This document shows positions 38,870-52,076 of a DNA stretch of 64,000 nucleotides, piece by piece (within the stretch, counting starts at the first letter, position 1; each line of letters begins with the position of its first letter). The translations under genes and the position numbers were made by a program. Under the pieces are notes generated by a model, which ran no database searches, was not told the origin of the DNA, and was given only the letters and a program-made list of their open reading frames with translations. The DNA is from Camelus ferus (taxonomy: Eukaryota), in the NCBI RefSeq assembly GCF_009834535.1, contig NC_045697.1, forward strand, positions 71,426,001 through 71,490,000, read 5' to 3'.

Positions 38870-39110
38870 GGAGCATTGTTTCTGAGAGGAGGGGCTGTGG
38901 CTCAGTTCAGGTGCCAGCTCTCTGCTTAACGACTGTGCAATCTTGGACAAATTCCTTTTGTTCTATGAATCTTGTTCCACACTTGTAAAATAAAAACAAT
39001 GATTGCCTATCTGATATCTATGTAGTTATTCTCAAGAATAAATTAAACAGTGTTTTTAACACTTCAAGCACATGGTAAAGACTCAGAGCATGTTGGCTAT
39101 TATGGTAGTG
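38870..39110 (+). mobile_element. MIR SINE
   Basis: CCAGCTCTCTGCTTAACGACTGTGCAATCTTGGACAAATT...CTTGTAAAAT...GCACATGGTAA. Confidence 0.7.
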
Positions 39111-42100
39111 GCTATTGGCTATATTGTTCAACATTACAGCTAAAAGTATATTATAATTTATCAAGCTTTTAAGCAAACTGGAAAAACTAGGTATCTCTCA
39201 AGGTAATCACTAACTTTTACCAATTCACCATGATTGCTGTTTGTATGTATAATCCTGGATTAAAATTTACTTTTATTAACCACATGATGTGTCTGTTATT
39301 TGGGTATTTCTACTTAACAGAGAAAATGCTTTCATTTGAATCAACTTCACAGCTTTCCCATTTTTTTTTTCTTTCCCTGATGTATAATATAAAAGACCTG
39401 GTGGTGAGACACAGTGATGCTACTAAAAAGACCAAATTCTAGAACCAGTTTCCCCAGCACAGATTTCTTGGCTCTTTTCCTCGTTGGAAGATAAGTGAGA
39501 GATGGTGCCGTGTTCCTACCTTAGCTTTGTCTTCTTTAGCTTGAAATTTGCATGCAGTAGGGAAATTCACTGGAACCAGCTCATTTGTCTGACTCCTCTC
39601 AATCTCAGATCTGAATGAAGGAGTAGGACTCTCAGAGGCCCTGCCAAGTTCACACAGCTATCTGGGGCAGAGGGAAGACAGCCCTTCTGACTCTCTATCT
39701 AGTGTAGTTCTCACTAATTACCTGATGTCTCTCAGCTGGCTTCTCAGCTGTCATTCTCCCAGATTTAGTCTCTGTATAAACTTCTCTGTTAAAATGAAAC
39801 AAGCCAAAACCAAAACTTTGTCTTTTTCACAGAGGGTATTTTTCCTACCCATCCCTTCTTTCTTTACACCATTGCTTACTGGATGAGAACATGAGTGGAG
39901 ATGTAGGTCTTGAAGGCAGAGCTACTAGCTGCTCTTCCAAAAACCTGTAAATTATGGATTTCAGGGATGCAAATATAGGTAGGTGCTGTGGCTCTGGGAA
40001 AGTTGTTGGGTAGATAAGGTTCTCCCTGTCTCTGATAAGATCTCTTAGACTCTTGGCTTTCAGCCTTTCTTTTCTTAGCTGTAACAATCTTTTAAATCAT
40101 AGATCAGGAGAAATTCTCCCAGCCTAGTCCAATTAATTAAGATAAATTCTTGTGCATGTTTTTGGAAGGAAAGGAAAGTTTGATATTCAAAAAAATACAT
40201 CTTTGAACTTTGGATCCAAATGTATTTTTTAAGGAGAATGTTTTATGAGAAGGACTTTTGGTTTTATTTTGGAAATTTTAGTTCTTTATATTTCATATAA
40301 AAATGAATTAGGGAAAAAACAGATTACTCAAAGTTAATGAAAATATTGAACTCAACTTTGAACTGTTGGTATGGGTAGTTGAATTTCCTAGGCCAGCTTT
40401 CTGAGTCAGAGCTGAAGCACATCATTTCCCAGTTCTGGCTTATAAAGCCTCTTCCTTATAATGTCTTCCTTCAAGAAGGGAAGCAGCTCAAAGTGAAAAG
40501 AAGGGAGGAGTATTGAGTGGAAATGATGATTCATTACCACAACTCCCAGTAATAGACTAATCCATTCACACAGTTCATGGTCATCTGTTTTTCTACGCCA
40601 GTATGATAATGAATCACTGCTGTTTACTGCTTGGGGTGTAGCACCTTTCAACACCTGTAAGAAAGAAATGCTGTTTGAAAGCTGGTTTCTTGGTTCGGAT
40701 GCCAAAATGGTTTGTGACATGCTCTTGTTCCAAAAGCCTCGTAGTAGAAAGGACTACATTCATATTCCAAACTTGAAGAAACTGTGCTTCTCTTAGGGAG
40801 GGACTGTGTCCTTCCTGGAAGTGTCTCACTGGAACGAGATCTGAACGTGCTTGCATCACTGTCACTGTCAGGCAAAACAGACTTGGGCCATAATTTGTCC
40901 ATGTTGACCCTGGCTTATTTACAATAGACAAGTACAAATAAGGAGACATAATTCTGCTTTTGCATCTTACAGGGAGTTTATTATGTTTTGGATTCACTCT
41001 CCTGCCTTTGATCTCTCCAGGAAGTTTTAGGTCAAGGTAGTAGTTAACTCTTCTTCAAGTTAATCTTGGTCTACAAATTCAGACTTTTGAAATTAATTCT
41101 AAAAGCAGTTGACTTTAAGAACGTGTTGGAAAATGAAATAAACTGATCTCTGGAGATATCACATGTACCTATATTAACCTAGAATTGTTTGCTGAAATGT
41201 TTTGTTCAATCATTTTGTTTCTAATGCTGTTATGTTAAGGTACAGTGTAATCCATGTTTGGATCCTTCAGAATTGATGGATGAGGTCCTTGGCCTCACAA
41301 CTTTGAATGTTTATGAGTATAATTTATTTTTATTTCTCTAATAATGTATATTATTATCACCTCACCTGAGATTTCTGGTATGAAATTGGGCTATCATCAT
41401 TTAGATATTTGAAAATTACACCTATAGGAAAGTAACTCTTTGAGAGTATGCCACAGTCTCTCCAAAAGAAATGAAGAGGATTAGAATACAAGATGGGAGA
41501 CCAGAACCAATGTTGTATTTCTCTAATAATGCTGGCACAGCCGAGTAATCCTAGAATCCTGCTGCCTAAGTCCCGCAGCCAGCAGAGGCAACTCCCTGGA
41601 GAGACACTATCTCCAGTTGGATGTGAAAAAGAGTAAATAATACAATGAAATCGTTAGGGATTAAATGGCAGCTCAAATAATCTCTTTCCTTTTAGGTTGA
41701 GTACACTTGTTTTCTAAGCAAATTACAAACGAGTCTTAGAAATACTATTTTAGTTAGTCTGGTATTTTTTACTTAAAAACCATTTTAAGCCTAGTCATAG
41801 TTCCAGATGGTCAGAATGAAAATCATGCAACTCACTCTAGAGGTTAAGCTAAAAGTTATAGCTGGGAATTTACCACGATTTTGTTGTATTTTAGAAATTC
41901 AGAATGTTTGAGGATCTCTAATATGTCTGACTATGATGCAGAGACAGTGAAAATAGGCCTGATATGGCTGTAGTATGACAGAAGCAGTTGTATGCAAGAC
42001 AGTCATTGTCAAGTGACACAAGTACGAATGATGTTGGCCACATCAACACTGAGTCACCCATAATTCAGGTGGATCCTATGGCAACCTAATGATTTTTTTC

Positions 42101-43224
42101 ATTCATGCCCACAGAGGTGGACTCCTTCTTTCAGAAAGTACTTGAAACAACAGTAACAAAGATGGAAACATTGACCATTTCCATGGGGACATTACTTCCT
42201 AATCTACTGCTGTGGACTGTTCCTCCAGGGCTGATAAAAATATATGGAATTTTGTGGTTCTTGCTATTTGCTGAAAATCAGCGATAACGTGGTGGCACAT
42301 CTCAAATTGCAAATGATCTAAATCTTTTCCTTATAACTTTCTTGAGGACTATCCAATGTCTAAGCTTCCCATAATTACTCATCATTCCAAGGCATTCTAA
42401 GGCATCTAATGAACTACCTTTGTGGGTTACTTTCTGTCAAAATACAGTGTTCCTACACAGGATGAAGTTTGATTTCATTACATTTAATACATATTTAGGG
42501 AGCAGTGAACACATGGCAGGTGTTTGACAGGTGCTGCAGACACCACCTGGATCTTAGTAGTTCTCATGAACTTACTAGAATGTAGAAATAAGGGAGGACA
42601 AATTGTGTCTTCGAATACATGTCTTTATTATGAGGATTGCAGGGGCTCACAAAGTGTCTGAAATATTTTTGAACTATGAGATTTTTGGCTTTGTAAACTA
42701 TGGAATATTATTTTCCTTCTCTGAGCCTTATGTCTATATGCAAAGTGTATATAACACCTACATTACATGGTGGTTCTGAGGATTAAATTGAACACATATG
42801 TAGCACTCAGTGTAGTAACTGACAGAGAGGATGCTCCATGGAAAGCATGAAAGCATGTATTCCTGTTATTCCTCTCATGGTCTTAGGAGGATCATGTTCA
42901 TCTAGAAACACTAGGAATTTAGAAAAGAGCATCATGGTTTTGATTAGCTTGGAAGTCTTTGGGCTTACCGAGTCCATTTATGAAAGATCTGTGGGGTGGA
43001 AAAGACTCTGGTACCTGCCCAAGTCCCTTACAAAGAGAAATGAGGGTGAACATTTCCTAAATTCTTTTGGAGACTGAATCACTGAATAGGGAGACCCCTG
43101 CTGAGGCAGAGAAGATGCCAAGGGCTGTGCTTCCCTTTGGAGGGTTCTATGAAGAAGCTCTGCTGATACCAAATGGAAGAGAGCACTCGTTGCTTCTCAG
43201 CCACCTGCTGGACAATCAGGCATC

Positions 43225-43880
43225 AAACATTCACTCTACAAATACGTATTTCTTAAATGAGTACTATGTACCAAGCATTGTTTTAAGTGATGAAAATAGA
43301 GAAGTGAAAAGGTCAATGATGCGAATCGCTGTTATCATGGAACTTACATTGTTGTAGAGGGAGGAGGACAATAAACATGGTCCAAAAATAACAATGTATG
43401 AGGTATGTTAGAAGGTGAAAAGTGCCAGTGAGAAGAAGGAATCTGAGAAGAGGCATGCTGGCGGGTGCAGCTTTAAGTGGGGTGGCCAGGGTAGGCTTCA
43501 GTGAGCAGGTCTCCTCTAAGCAAGTATTTGGGGAAAAAAAACACAGGAGTGAGTGAGTTAGCTAGTCCCAGTGAAGTATTGGAGGGAAAGGAGACAGGCC
43601 TGGTGTGAAGACTCTGAGATGGAACCATGCAGGTGCGTTCCAGGACCACGGGAAGACAAAGAGACCAGAGCCGAGTATGCAAACAGGAAGAGCATCTGGA
43701 GAGGTAATGGGAAGTCTGATCACATAGGACTGTGTGGACCTTCCTAAGAAATTAGTTTTTAACTCCCGCTTATGTGGGGAGCCCCTGGGGGGCTTGGAAC
43801 AGATGAGCATTGTGCTTTGACTTCATTTTTGTAAGTCTTGTACTACTGCTGGATGATAGTAGACTCTGGGGGCAGGAGGG
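43225..43880 (-). mobile_element. L2 LINE 3' portion
   Basis: GAGTACTATGTACCAAGCATTGTT, TCATGGAACTTACATT, GGTGGCCAGGGTAGGCTTC and GGCTTGGAACAGATGAG are L2a-type antisense blocks. Confidence 0.85.
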
Positions 43881-44029
43881 CAAGGTACATGGTGGGGTTG
43901 AGAGCAATAGTAAGAGCTCTCTTAGGAAGCTCTTTCCATTGAGGAAGTTGTCCACAATAGTAGCCAGGCTATCTTGATGATCAGTATCTTAATAGCTCAG
44001 GTCAGGTCAGGTCAGTATCTTCAAGGTCA

Positions 44030-44968
44030 GCGGGAAACCAGTTCCACCTGAGCAGAGGAGTTGCAACTTGCAGGAAACACTGTGGCCATCCTGTTTGAGG
44101 TTCTGATGGGCTTCCCTGAGCAACAGTGGTAGCAGCGCTTCAGGAGCTGAACAGTTATTGTTCGGTCAGTGTCGGGAGGCAGAGCAGTGGTAGCTGCAGG
44201 AAACAAGCACTGGTGCAGGCTCCACAGCATTGTGCGTCATTCAACAGGAAGGTGGTGGGTGAGCACTGTAAAAAGCAGGACTGGAAGCGTGCACAGGGTG
44301 TGCTTTGTGCTGTGCAGTTGGTAGCCCCAGTACTAGAGGAGCCTTGTGTTTGGATATATCAGCATAGATAGTTTTAGAGTCAGTGGGAACAGACACTGTG
44401 GCAGCGTGATCATTTGTAATACTAAGAAGTAGTTTAGGCATCTAGGATCTGCAGCATCGATTGCCTTAGGGAAGGAATATTGCAGCAGAAACGCAGTAAA
44501 ATTTCAAAAGGTCTATTCCACCAAGAGAACTCAGGGAACAGAGAATGTTTGATGAGTCAGAACAAATCTTCCAGCTCCCGGAGACTTCAGGTTTGGGGGG
44601 TGAGGAGAAGAGCCAAAGGCAAAGCGAGAAGGGTAGTTGATGTGGGTGTCTGAGATTCAGGAGAACTGTTTCCTGCTCCACGTAAGCTGAGGTGCAGCAG
44701 TGATGGTCAAACCGTAGAGGAATCTGGGGGGATGTGATAGCAGAAGGTATTTGAGCCTTTTCTACAGGGTAGACCCAAGGAGAAGACAAAACCCCTGAAA
44801 GGAAATAAAGCCCTGTGTGGTTTGTCTAGGCAGATGCGTGTGCCACAGTCCTCAGTTGTCTGTATTGCAGCATGGAGCGGGAGTGGAATGACCGTCAGAG
44901 CTTCAAGGGAGATAGCAGATACAGAACTGGTGGGGGGGGGGGTGGTCTGTGAGGAGAGCCCCGTTACA
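44030..44968 (+). mobile_element. Possible ancient LTR (Gypsy-like/ERVL); boundaries uncertain
   Basis: Relatively GC-rich block with AATAAA near 44804 and terminus CCCCGTTACA. Confidence 0.3.
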
Positions 44969-45800
44969 CTCTAGTGAGCCCTACTGGGCCCTTTGGATTG
45001 GGATGAGGAAGAATGCAGCTGTGACCTGTGTGAGATGATCACTGAAGTACCTTTTGGATCTCAGAAAGTGGTAACTAATGGTCTGATTTCCCCCACTCCT
45101 TAGAGCACAGAGGCAACTCCGCTAAAAATGGAATTGTACGAGGCTGGGATGAATGTCAGGGACTAGTTGAACTAGACATTGAATTTCTTGAACAGTTCAG
45201 GTTTTGAGTTGAGACTTGTATTTTTGATGCATTTGTAGAGCCCAACTTCATTTTAATCCTCAGGGTTAAAATATATGTAAGTAAAGAATTAATTTTTCCC
45301 AGTTGTTTACATCCACTCCATTGAAGCCCCCCCCCCACCAAAAAAAATATTGGGTGGATACTTTAGACAAAAGATTTCTTAGATTATAACTTAGGCTCTT
45401 GATTTTTTTTTTTTCCTGAAGTGAAAAATGAGAGTAGGGGTGTGTGGGAAGAAACTGTTTTCTTCACTCCCTTCTTTTCAAGGATCTCAGATGCAAGGAG
45501 TGAGATTGACCTTCTTCAGTCGTGATGCACTGACATCATCGGTCCATAAACAGACTTTTTAAATCTTAGGTATATTTTGTAGACAATATAAAGAACAACT
45601 GGAAGCCCACCTCCCAGACTCAAGATTTGGAATATGAAGTATGTGATGATCTGAAGTATGTGATGAATGAAGGATCTGACGTATGTAATGTGATGATGAT
45701 TTTTTTTTTTTTTTGCTTTGGATAGGGAAAGTTTAATATAAAGAATGTTAACTGCCCTGGGGGCTAGGAGCTGGAGAGGCTGTGAGAGCAGCTGCACATG

Positions 45801-45834
45801 TTGCAGTGACTGCAGCAGGCCACCAGGGGGCACA
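45801..45834 (+). promoter_or_regulatory. Strong CTCF motif with upstream (ZF9-11) module
   Basis: Core CCACCAGGGGGCAC (45820-45833) fully matches CCASYAGRKGGCRS; TGCAG at 45802-45806 sits at the spacing expected for the upstream motif. Confidence 0.7.
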
Positions 45835-46651
45835 CGGCAAGTGGGAGGCAGAACCCTGTTCATCCTGCCATTTCTTCCCAATCCCCTCTCTACTGATAAA
45901 GCTTAAAATCATGCAAGTTGGCAAAGGAAGGAAAATATTTTAAAAATCCAGGTCCATTTTTCACAGAGCAGGCAAATGGGTGAGTTTGACGCTGAGAGAC
46001 AGTGAAGTGAAGTGATGACCAGCACAGTGCCTTTCCTTTGCAGAGCTATCCAGCATTGACCTATTAAAGTACTCTATTAAAGACAGAGGTGCAGGAAGCA
46101 CATGGGTAAGGGAAGATGGAGATGTTAGTGAGGGGGAGTGGAATGAGGGCACACAACGGACCAAATTAGGGAGGAGCTGGGTGAGTAGGAATAAGAGTGA
46201 GGGAGTGAGGACAGCAAATGAGGGAAGCAGGATGGGGACCTAGGGAAAGCAGAAGGGTTGCAACAGCCGCATTGGAGGCTATGTTATGAAATCAGTGAGG
46301 AAACAAGATTTGCCAAGAAGCAGCAGTGAAATCTTAGTTGATGTTAGATAACATGAATTTGTAATATGCCAAGGTAGTTGTTTGTCTCTTTATTTCCTTA
46401 ATTAAATTTTGCTTTAATCTAATGATAGTTATTTAACTGGTTTGCCACATGAGGAAAAGATTGGTCATTTTTTGTCTTTTATAAATATACTTTTTTATTC
46501 TGTAAGAACTTTAAAACAAAATTTCATTTTAATTCACTGCAAGAGCATAAAATATGAGCCTTTGGAGCTTTTCATATAGGTATATTGGCTTTTGTGTGTA
46601 ACAGGTTTATATAGATCACTTTCATCTTTTAAATATTTGGCATGCCATCTA

Positions 46652-46790
46652 GGAAAGGAAGAAGGGAGGGAGGGAAGAAAGGAAAGAGGGAGGGAAGGAA
46701 GGAGGGAGGAAAGGAAAGGAGGAAGGGGAGGGAGGGAGAAGAAAAGGAAGATTAGTGAGGGAAAGGAAGGGAAAGAAAAGAACGGGAAAG
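46652..46790. repeat. Polypurine low-complexity (GGAA/GGGA)n tract
   Basis: About 100 nt of uninterrupted A/G followed by further purine-rich sequence. Confidence 0.95.
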
Positions 46791-49700
46791 ATGGAGAACT
46801 CACATGGTCCAGGGATTTGGGGCGTCCTCCTCTCACCTTTTCTCTTGCATATATGAATATTCATTCACAGTTTAAATGGTTGAAGAATTTTTGAGTGAAA
46901 AATGTCTTTAATTTTATACTGCCCCTACACTGGTTACAGGTTAAACATGTAGGGAAATACTGACCAGAAATACTACATGTAATTCAAGAGCAAGGGTAGG
47001 ACATTTGGAATTGGATGGACTGAGACTGGCCCATAATAGGCTTTCAGTAAATAACTATTATTAGTAATTTTTAGCAGTTTTTCAAGCCCTCTCAGCTGAG
47101 GCCAGTTCTGGTATAGTAGAAATGGAGGCAAAGGGGAGGAATAGGAATTGGGTGTTGTATACTTAGTGGTCTGGGCACCACTCTGTGACTACTATGATGT
47201 ATCAGGGGCAGGCTGGTCCCTTTTACCTTAGCAGGGATAGGTACATGCACAGGCTAGTGCTGTGGGAAGAGAAAGATGGGTGGATGCGCAGGTCAATGCT
47301 AGGCAAAATGATGACAAAAACAATTTATTATTGATAGAATTTTGTCGTAACAAAGCATCTATGTCAAAAAAAGAAAAGAGCAAATCTTGTTATCTTTAAC
47401 CACCCTTCTATTTATGCCTTCACCCCATCATCCACACAGAATCCACACACCCTTGCCTTTCAGTTCTTCAGTTTCTGGCCAAACTAATGGCAACTAAGAT
47501 TCTCAGGTCATAGCAGGATATGAACAGGGAACACTGTGGCTTGGGGACTGCTTTCCTCCCTCACCTTGCCCAGCACATAACTTTTATTTTGTTTCCAGGG
47601 CCTGATTTAGGAAAATTTGACTTATCTTCACCCATAATTTTAAGGATGAAGGAAGAGAGCTTCATGCGATTTTGCAGCCTTCCTCCTTGAATCGGGTTTT
47701 CTTTAGACAAATAGGAAGGTGACCTAGAAGGCTGGCTCTTAACCTTAGAGTTCAGTATGCCCTAATTCTCTGCACCTGCCCCTCCTGTGCTCACTTCACA
47801 GTCCTGCCAGGTCCTGTGTCTTAGTGCAGTTTGCTTTCATTTGAAGGCAAAATAGATACCGCAGCTCGGTCTCTAGCGGCTCATGACTCCCCAGGGGAGC
47901 CCTCCGTCCTGGGAAGTCCATCGCTGTCATTTGGTTTCTAAAAGTTGAGGGAAGCTTGACAGGGAAGGGTACAAGTCTCTAGGAACTTTACTGCAAAAAC
48001 AACTCAGTTTCTTACTAGAGACTTCTTTTGTGCCAAGAAGTCTGAAAAACACCTTGTGAGCACACACTGATGTCTAGTATGTAAATCAGTGATATCTAGT
48101 AAGCTCTCAAAGGGCTATTAGCTTCTCTCCAATCCACTAAAAGATGCTTCATTCTTGCACTGGGCACAAGTGATGATGTTCCTTGGAAATTTTCCAGGTA
48201 AACTTGTTTGGAATTGTGAGTAAGGCTTTCATAGCATTAATAAGACCTCTCATTAATTCTAAGAAAGACATGTTTCCCAGTTGCCTCTCACTTGGCTCAT
48301 CTCAAGAACATTTTTTGTCCTGAAAAGTGTATCTAATTGAAGTCATGTCTCGAAATAGCAGCATATAAAAATGCTTATGATACAGTAAGTGAAAGAAAAA
48401 GTAAAATTCAAAAAAGTAAAAATACGCTCTGGTTACAGATTACAGTTCTCCATGGATAAAGATTAATAGGATTAGAAGAGACATGACAAGTTCTCCGGGA
48501 TGCTGAAGATTCTCAACAAACACTGATGAATGAACTATTAATGCACATTAAAAAAGAGAAACAATGGTTAGAGTGGTGAGACTGTTGAAAAATTATTCAA
48601 TTTTCTTTTGAATATTATATTTATAAAATAAGTTATTGAAAATCAACTGGATGACATTGTTATTAAAATCCTCCATCTTCTTTATAACGTCACTCTTTTC
48701 CCCACCTGAGCTGTTTATATCCTTCTTATGGCCAATGTCCAGTGATAGAAAAGCAGATCCAAGCACTGAGAGTTGTTCAGCTGATGGACAGATATCACTT
48801 ACATGTCACTGCATTCTCAAATTTAATATTGTCTAATAGGATGGCCTAATTTAGGGACTATGTGATGTGTTTCCAAAGAATTTTGGTCCCCCAGATACCT
48901 GTAATTTAATACTGATGCTTACATTTTATCGATGTGTTCCATTATTTAAAGCTTGGTCACAAATGAATGCAAATGCCTGGGGAAATAAAACTTCAAGAAT
49001 CCTTGGTCATTCGTACTTTAGCGTAAATCATGTAGGTAAAGAAGAGAGAGAGTATGAGGATGCTGGAGAGGGAGTGGATTTAGGAGAGGACATACTGAAG
49101 AGATAAAATGACAAAGAAAGGAGAGAATAGGAGGCTAAGTACTGCTTGCCAGATTCTTCTCAGAGTTCACTCCACTGTGGCTGAGTTGCAACAGGGACCA
49201 TGGAAGGTGCTGCCACCATGTTCAGTTGGTGAGAATGTGGTCGGAGATACATGGTTTGGATGCAGGTGTGCTTGGGGGTGAAGACAGTCATGTCCAGGCT
49301 GCCTCTGGCCTGTGGGAGCCCTGAGCCGGCAGTGAGTCTGTGGAGGGATTAGGACTTCACTTTTCAGCGGGGATTTGCAGCCATAATGTAGAGCCGGGAT
49401 TGCAGGACGTTTAACAATTGTTCAGAGAGCACTAGGAGAATATTAAGATCACATTTCAGAGCTTTTAATACTGTTTTCTGCTATAGATTATGAATCTATA
49501 AATTCCAACCCTTCATTCTCAATAACAAAAGAAATATCTGATATCAGTTACAAGATTTTGACTGTGTATTAATGCCCAGTCTCAGAGCAATCCAAATTGC
49601 CTTCTTCTGGTGGTTGTTACTCTGTACTTTCTTTTAAATGATGAAGATTTTATTAAACAGAAACGATGTGTTGGCTTGACTTGTGAGTTTGTACTTACCT

Positions 49701-50618
49701 GCTCCTCTAATTATGTAACTGACCCTTGTTTAAAGTAATAAAAAATGAAACATAGACAGAACTCTCACATCAGGGAGCCTGTGATAGTTGTGTTCCTTGG
49801 TTTAAAGAAAGTGAGTGAGTGTGTGTGTGTGCGCGCGCATGCGTGAGAGACAGAGCGGGTGCACACACATGCATGCAAAAGTGTGGTTACTAGGGTGAGA
49901 GAACAAAACAGGCGTAATATGGAGAAACATTTTTAAGTGTTTACCCTATGCCAGACATTGTAAGGTATATACCATTATTTTCTTATTTCCTAGCTTATGA
50001 AACTGAACAGTTAAGTCACATGGGTATGGGTTTTTTAAAAAAACTGTAGAAATGGAGAGATTAAAATAAGAGCTATTAGTAGGGGAAGGGAGCAGCAATT
50101 CTGTCATTTCCTGTCCTTTTCAGAGCTGTGTTTAAGCATGCTAAAATGAAAGCAGACAGACTTTCTGGTAGCTATAACCCTTCCCATGGTTAGTACTGGA
50201 AAATTAGGTGAGTTATACATGAATTTTGAGTTGCAGTTGACTTCTTTACCCATTTTATTTAAATCTCACTGACATAGTTTGATGGTTGTTTATTTCCTTT
50301 ATAGTTGATGGTATTGTTATGACATGACATTGAAATCCATTCCAGCTGAGGATGTTGTTTATTATCATGGTTATTTGTAATAGAAGTAACACAGAAAGGG
50401 TCTGAAATCAGTGACATACTGCTTTTACAGGCAAGAGAGCTCCTTATATTAATGTAGAGCTACATTTAAAAATTACATCCCCAGATTTTTTTTCCAGGTC
50501 TAAAAATGGGGCATTCAGTGAATAAATGTTGCTATTCATTATTAAACAAGCAAGTATATAATCAGTTTGATTCCTTTTCACATACACAACACATAGCAAA
50601 CACACAGACACTACAAAC

Positions 50619-50619
<1 letters not shown>

Positions 50620-50647
<28 letters not shown>
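50620..50647. repeat. (CA)n microsatellite
   Basis: About 14 uninterrupted AC units, with CA-rich flanks. Confidence 0.95.
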
Positions 50648-50649
<2 letters not shown>

Positions 50650-51581
50650 ATATCTGTTCAAAAAAGACTATACCACAAAAATATTGAGCGGTTATTGCTG
50701 AGTGGTGAATTGATTTTTTTTCCTTTTTGATTGACTTTTAAAACTGTCCACAAACACACGAAAAAACAGGACCCATCTGCAATAAGAAAACTTGTAGAAG
50801 TCAATTAACCAATATTTATCACACTGGTATCAATTAAGTGGTATTGTACTAGCATCTTTGGAGACGATACAGTCATGTATCAGGGAGACTCCTGCCCTCT
50901 AGAAATTATTTATTGTGAAGATAGGCACAAAAAATGAACACAGTATGCTAGTGGTATGGATACTGATTTCTTAGTGAGAGAGCAATCCCTTAGAGTTCTG
51001 TTGTTCAGCAGGGATTGCAGAGAGAAAAAGATATCAGGCAGAATTAAAAGATAGGTCCAGTTCAAGGAGTCATGTGAATAGGAGGCAAGAAATTCCTGTT
51101 GAATATAAAGGCTTCCATAAAAACCTAGAGATAAGAAAGTACTCTATTTATTTGAAGCTCAGAGGGGGATTAGTAAAGAGAAACGGTAAGATTGGTCGTA
51201 ACTGTGGCAGCCCTTGAATGTCAGATTAGTCTCTGCTTAGACAAGCCTCTTTAAGTCCTCCTAGCAAGCCCTTTTCAGAGGGCACAGAACAAAATAAGGA
51301 AACCCCAAAGTCTCAGAAGGGGTGTTCCAGGCTTCACACCCCCATTTATCTTGAATTTTGTTCTTTGTCCTGTTTGCCATGCTTGTTTGGTATTTGCATC
51401 TTGATTTCAAATTGTCTACTTTGTTCTCATCTATAACTTCTTCAAGGTAGTATTTATTGAAACCACAATCTAGGCACCGCAGGTTAGAGGTGCCATGGCC
51501 TCAGGACTGTACCGTACTGTGTGCTAGCCAAAGCCTCTCTTTGCCCTGGCAGGCACTTGCCAGAGGAAGGAGATAAGAAAA

Positions 51582-52076
51582 TGTATTTGTTATTTTGCTA
51601 TGTAACCAACACCACCAAGGCTTAGCAGCTGGAAGCAACAAATGTTTATTATGACATTCGTTCCTGGAGGTCAGGAATCTGGGAGGGCCTCTGCTGGGTG
51701 GTTGCAGCTCAGGTCTCTTTAAGCTGCAGGTGTTGGCTGCTATCTCTGAGCACTTTGACAAGGGCTGGAAGGTCTGTTTCTGCACTCCTTCAAGTGGCCA
51801 TTGGCAGTTTCTTGCTATATGAACCTCTTTCTCAGGCTGCTCAAAACCTGACTTCCCCCAAAGCAAACGATCCAAGAGTGAGAGGAAAAAAAGCCACCAA
51901 GATGGAAGTTACAGTGTCTTTTACAACCTAATCTCAGAATTGACATATTATCACTTCTGCATTTTTCTAGGGGGTCACACAGACTAACCTTGGTACAACA
52001 TAGGAGGGAACTAGACAAGAGTGTGAGTACCAGCAGGTGAGGATCATTGGGGACCATCGTGGAGTCTGGCTATGCA
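51582..52076 (-). mobile_element. MaLR LTR (MLT1D/F-like)
   Basis: TGTAACCAACACCACCAAGGCTTAGCAGCT...GGTCAGGAATCTGGGA...CCAAGATGGAAGTTACAGTGTCTTTT...GGATCATTGGGGACCATC. Confidence 0.88.

Noticed and set aside
42058..42230. Minus-strand segment with signal-peptide-like MSPWKWSMFPSLLLLFQVLS
   Set aside because: The frame stops after 29 codons, the donor is weak, and there is no supporting downstream exon in frame.
45635..45700. Repeated GTGATGA / CTGA motifs resembling snoRNA C/D boxes
   Set aside because: They arise from a degenerate 17-bp tandem repeat (TGAAGTATGTGATGATC); C-to-D spacing is too short and there is no terminal stem.
46534..46894. ORFs of 71-100 aa across the purine tract
   Set aside because: Low-complexity sequence lacking stop codons.
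51501..52057. Overlapping ORFs of 77-124 aa
   Set aside because: They lie within an MLT1 LTR; chance open frames.
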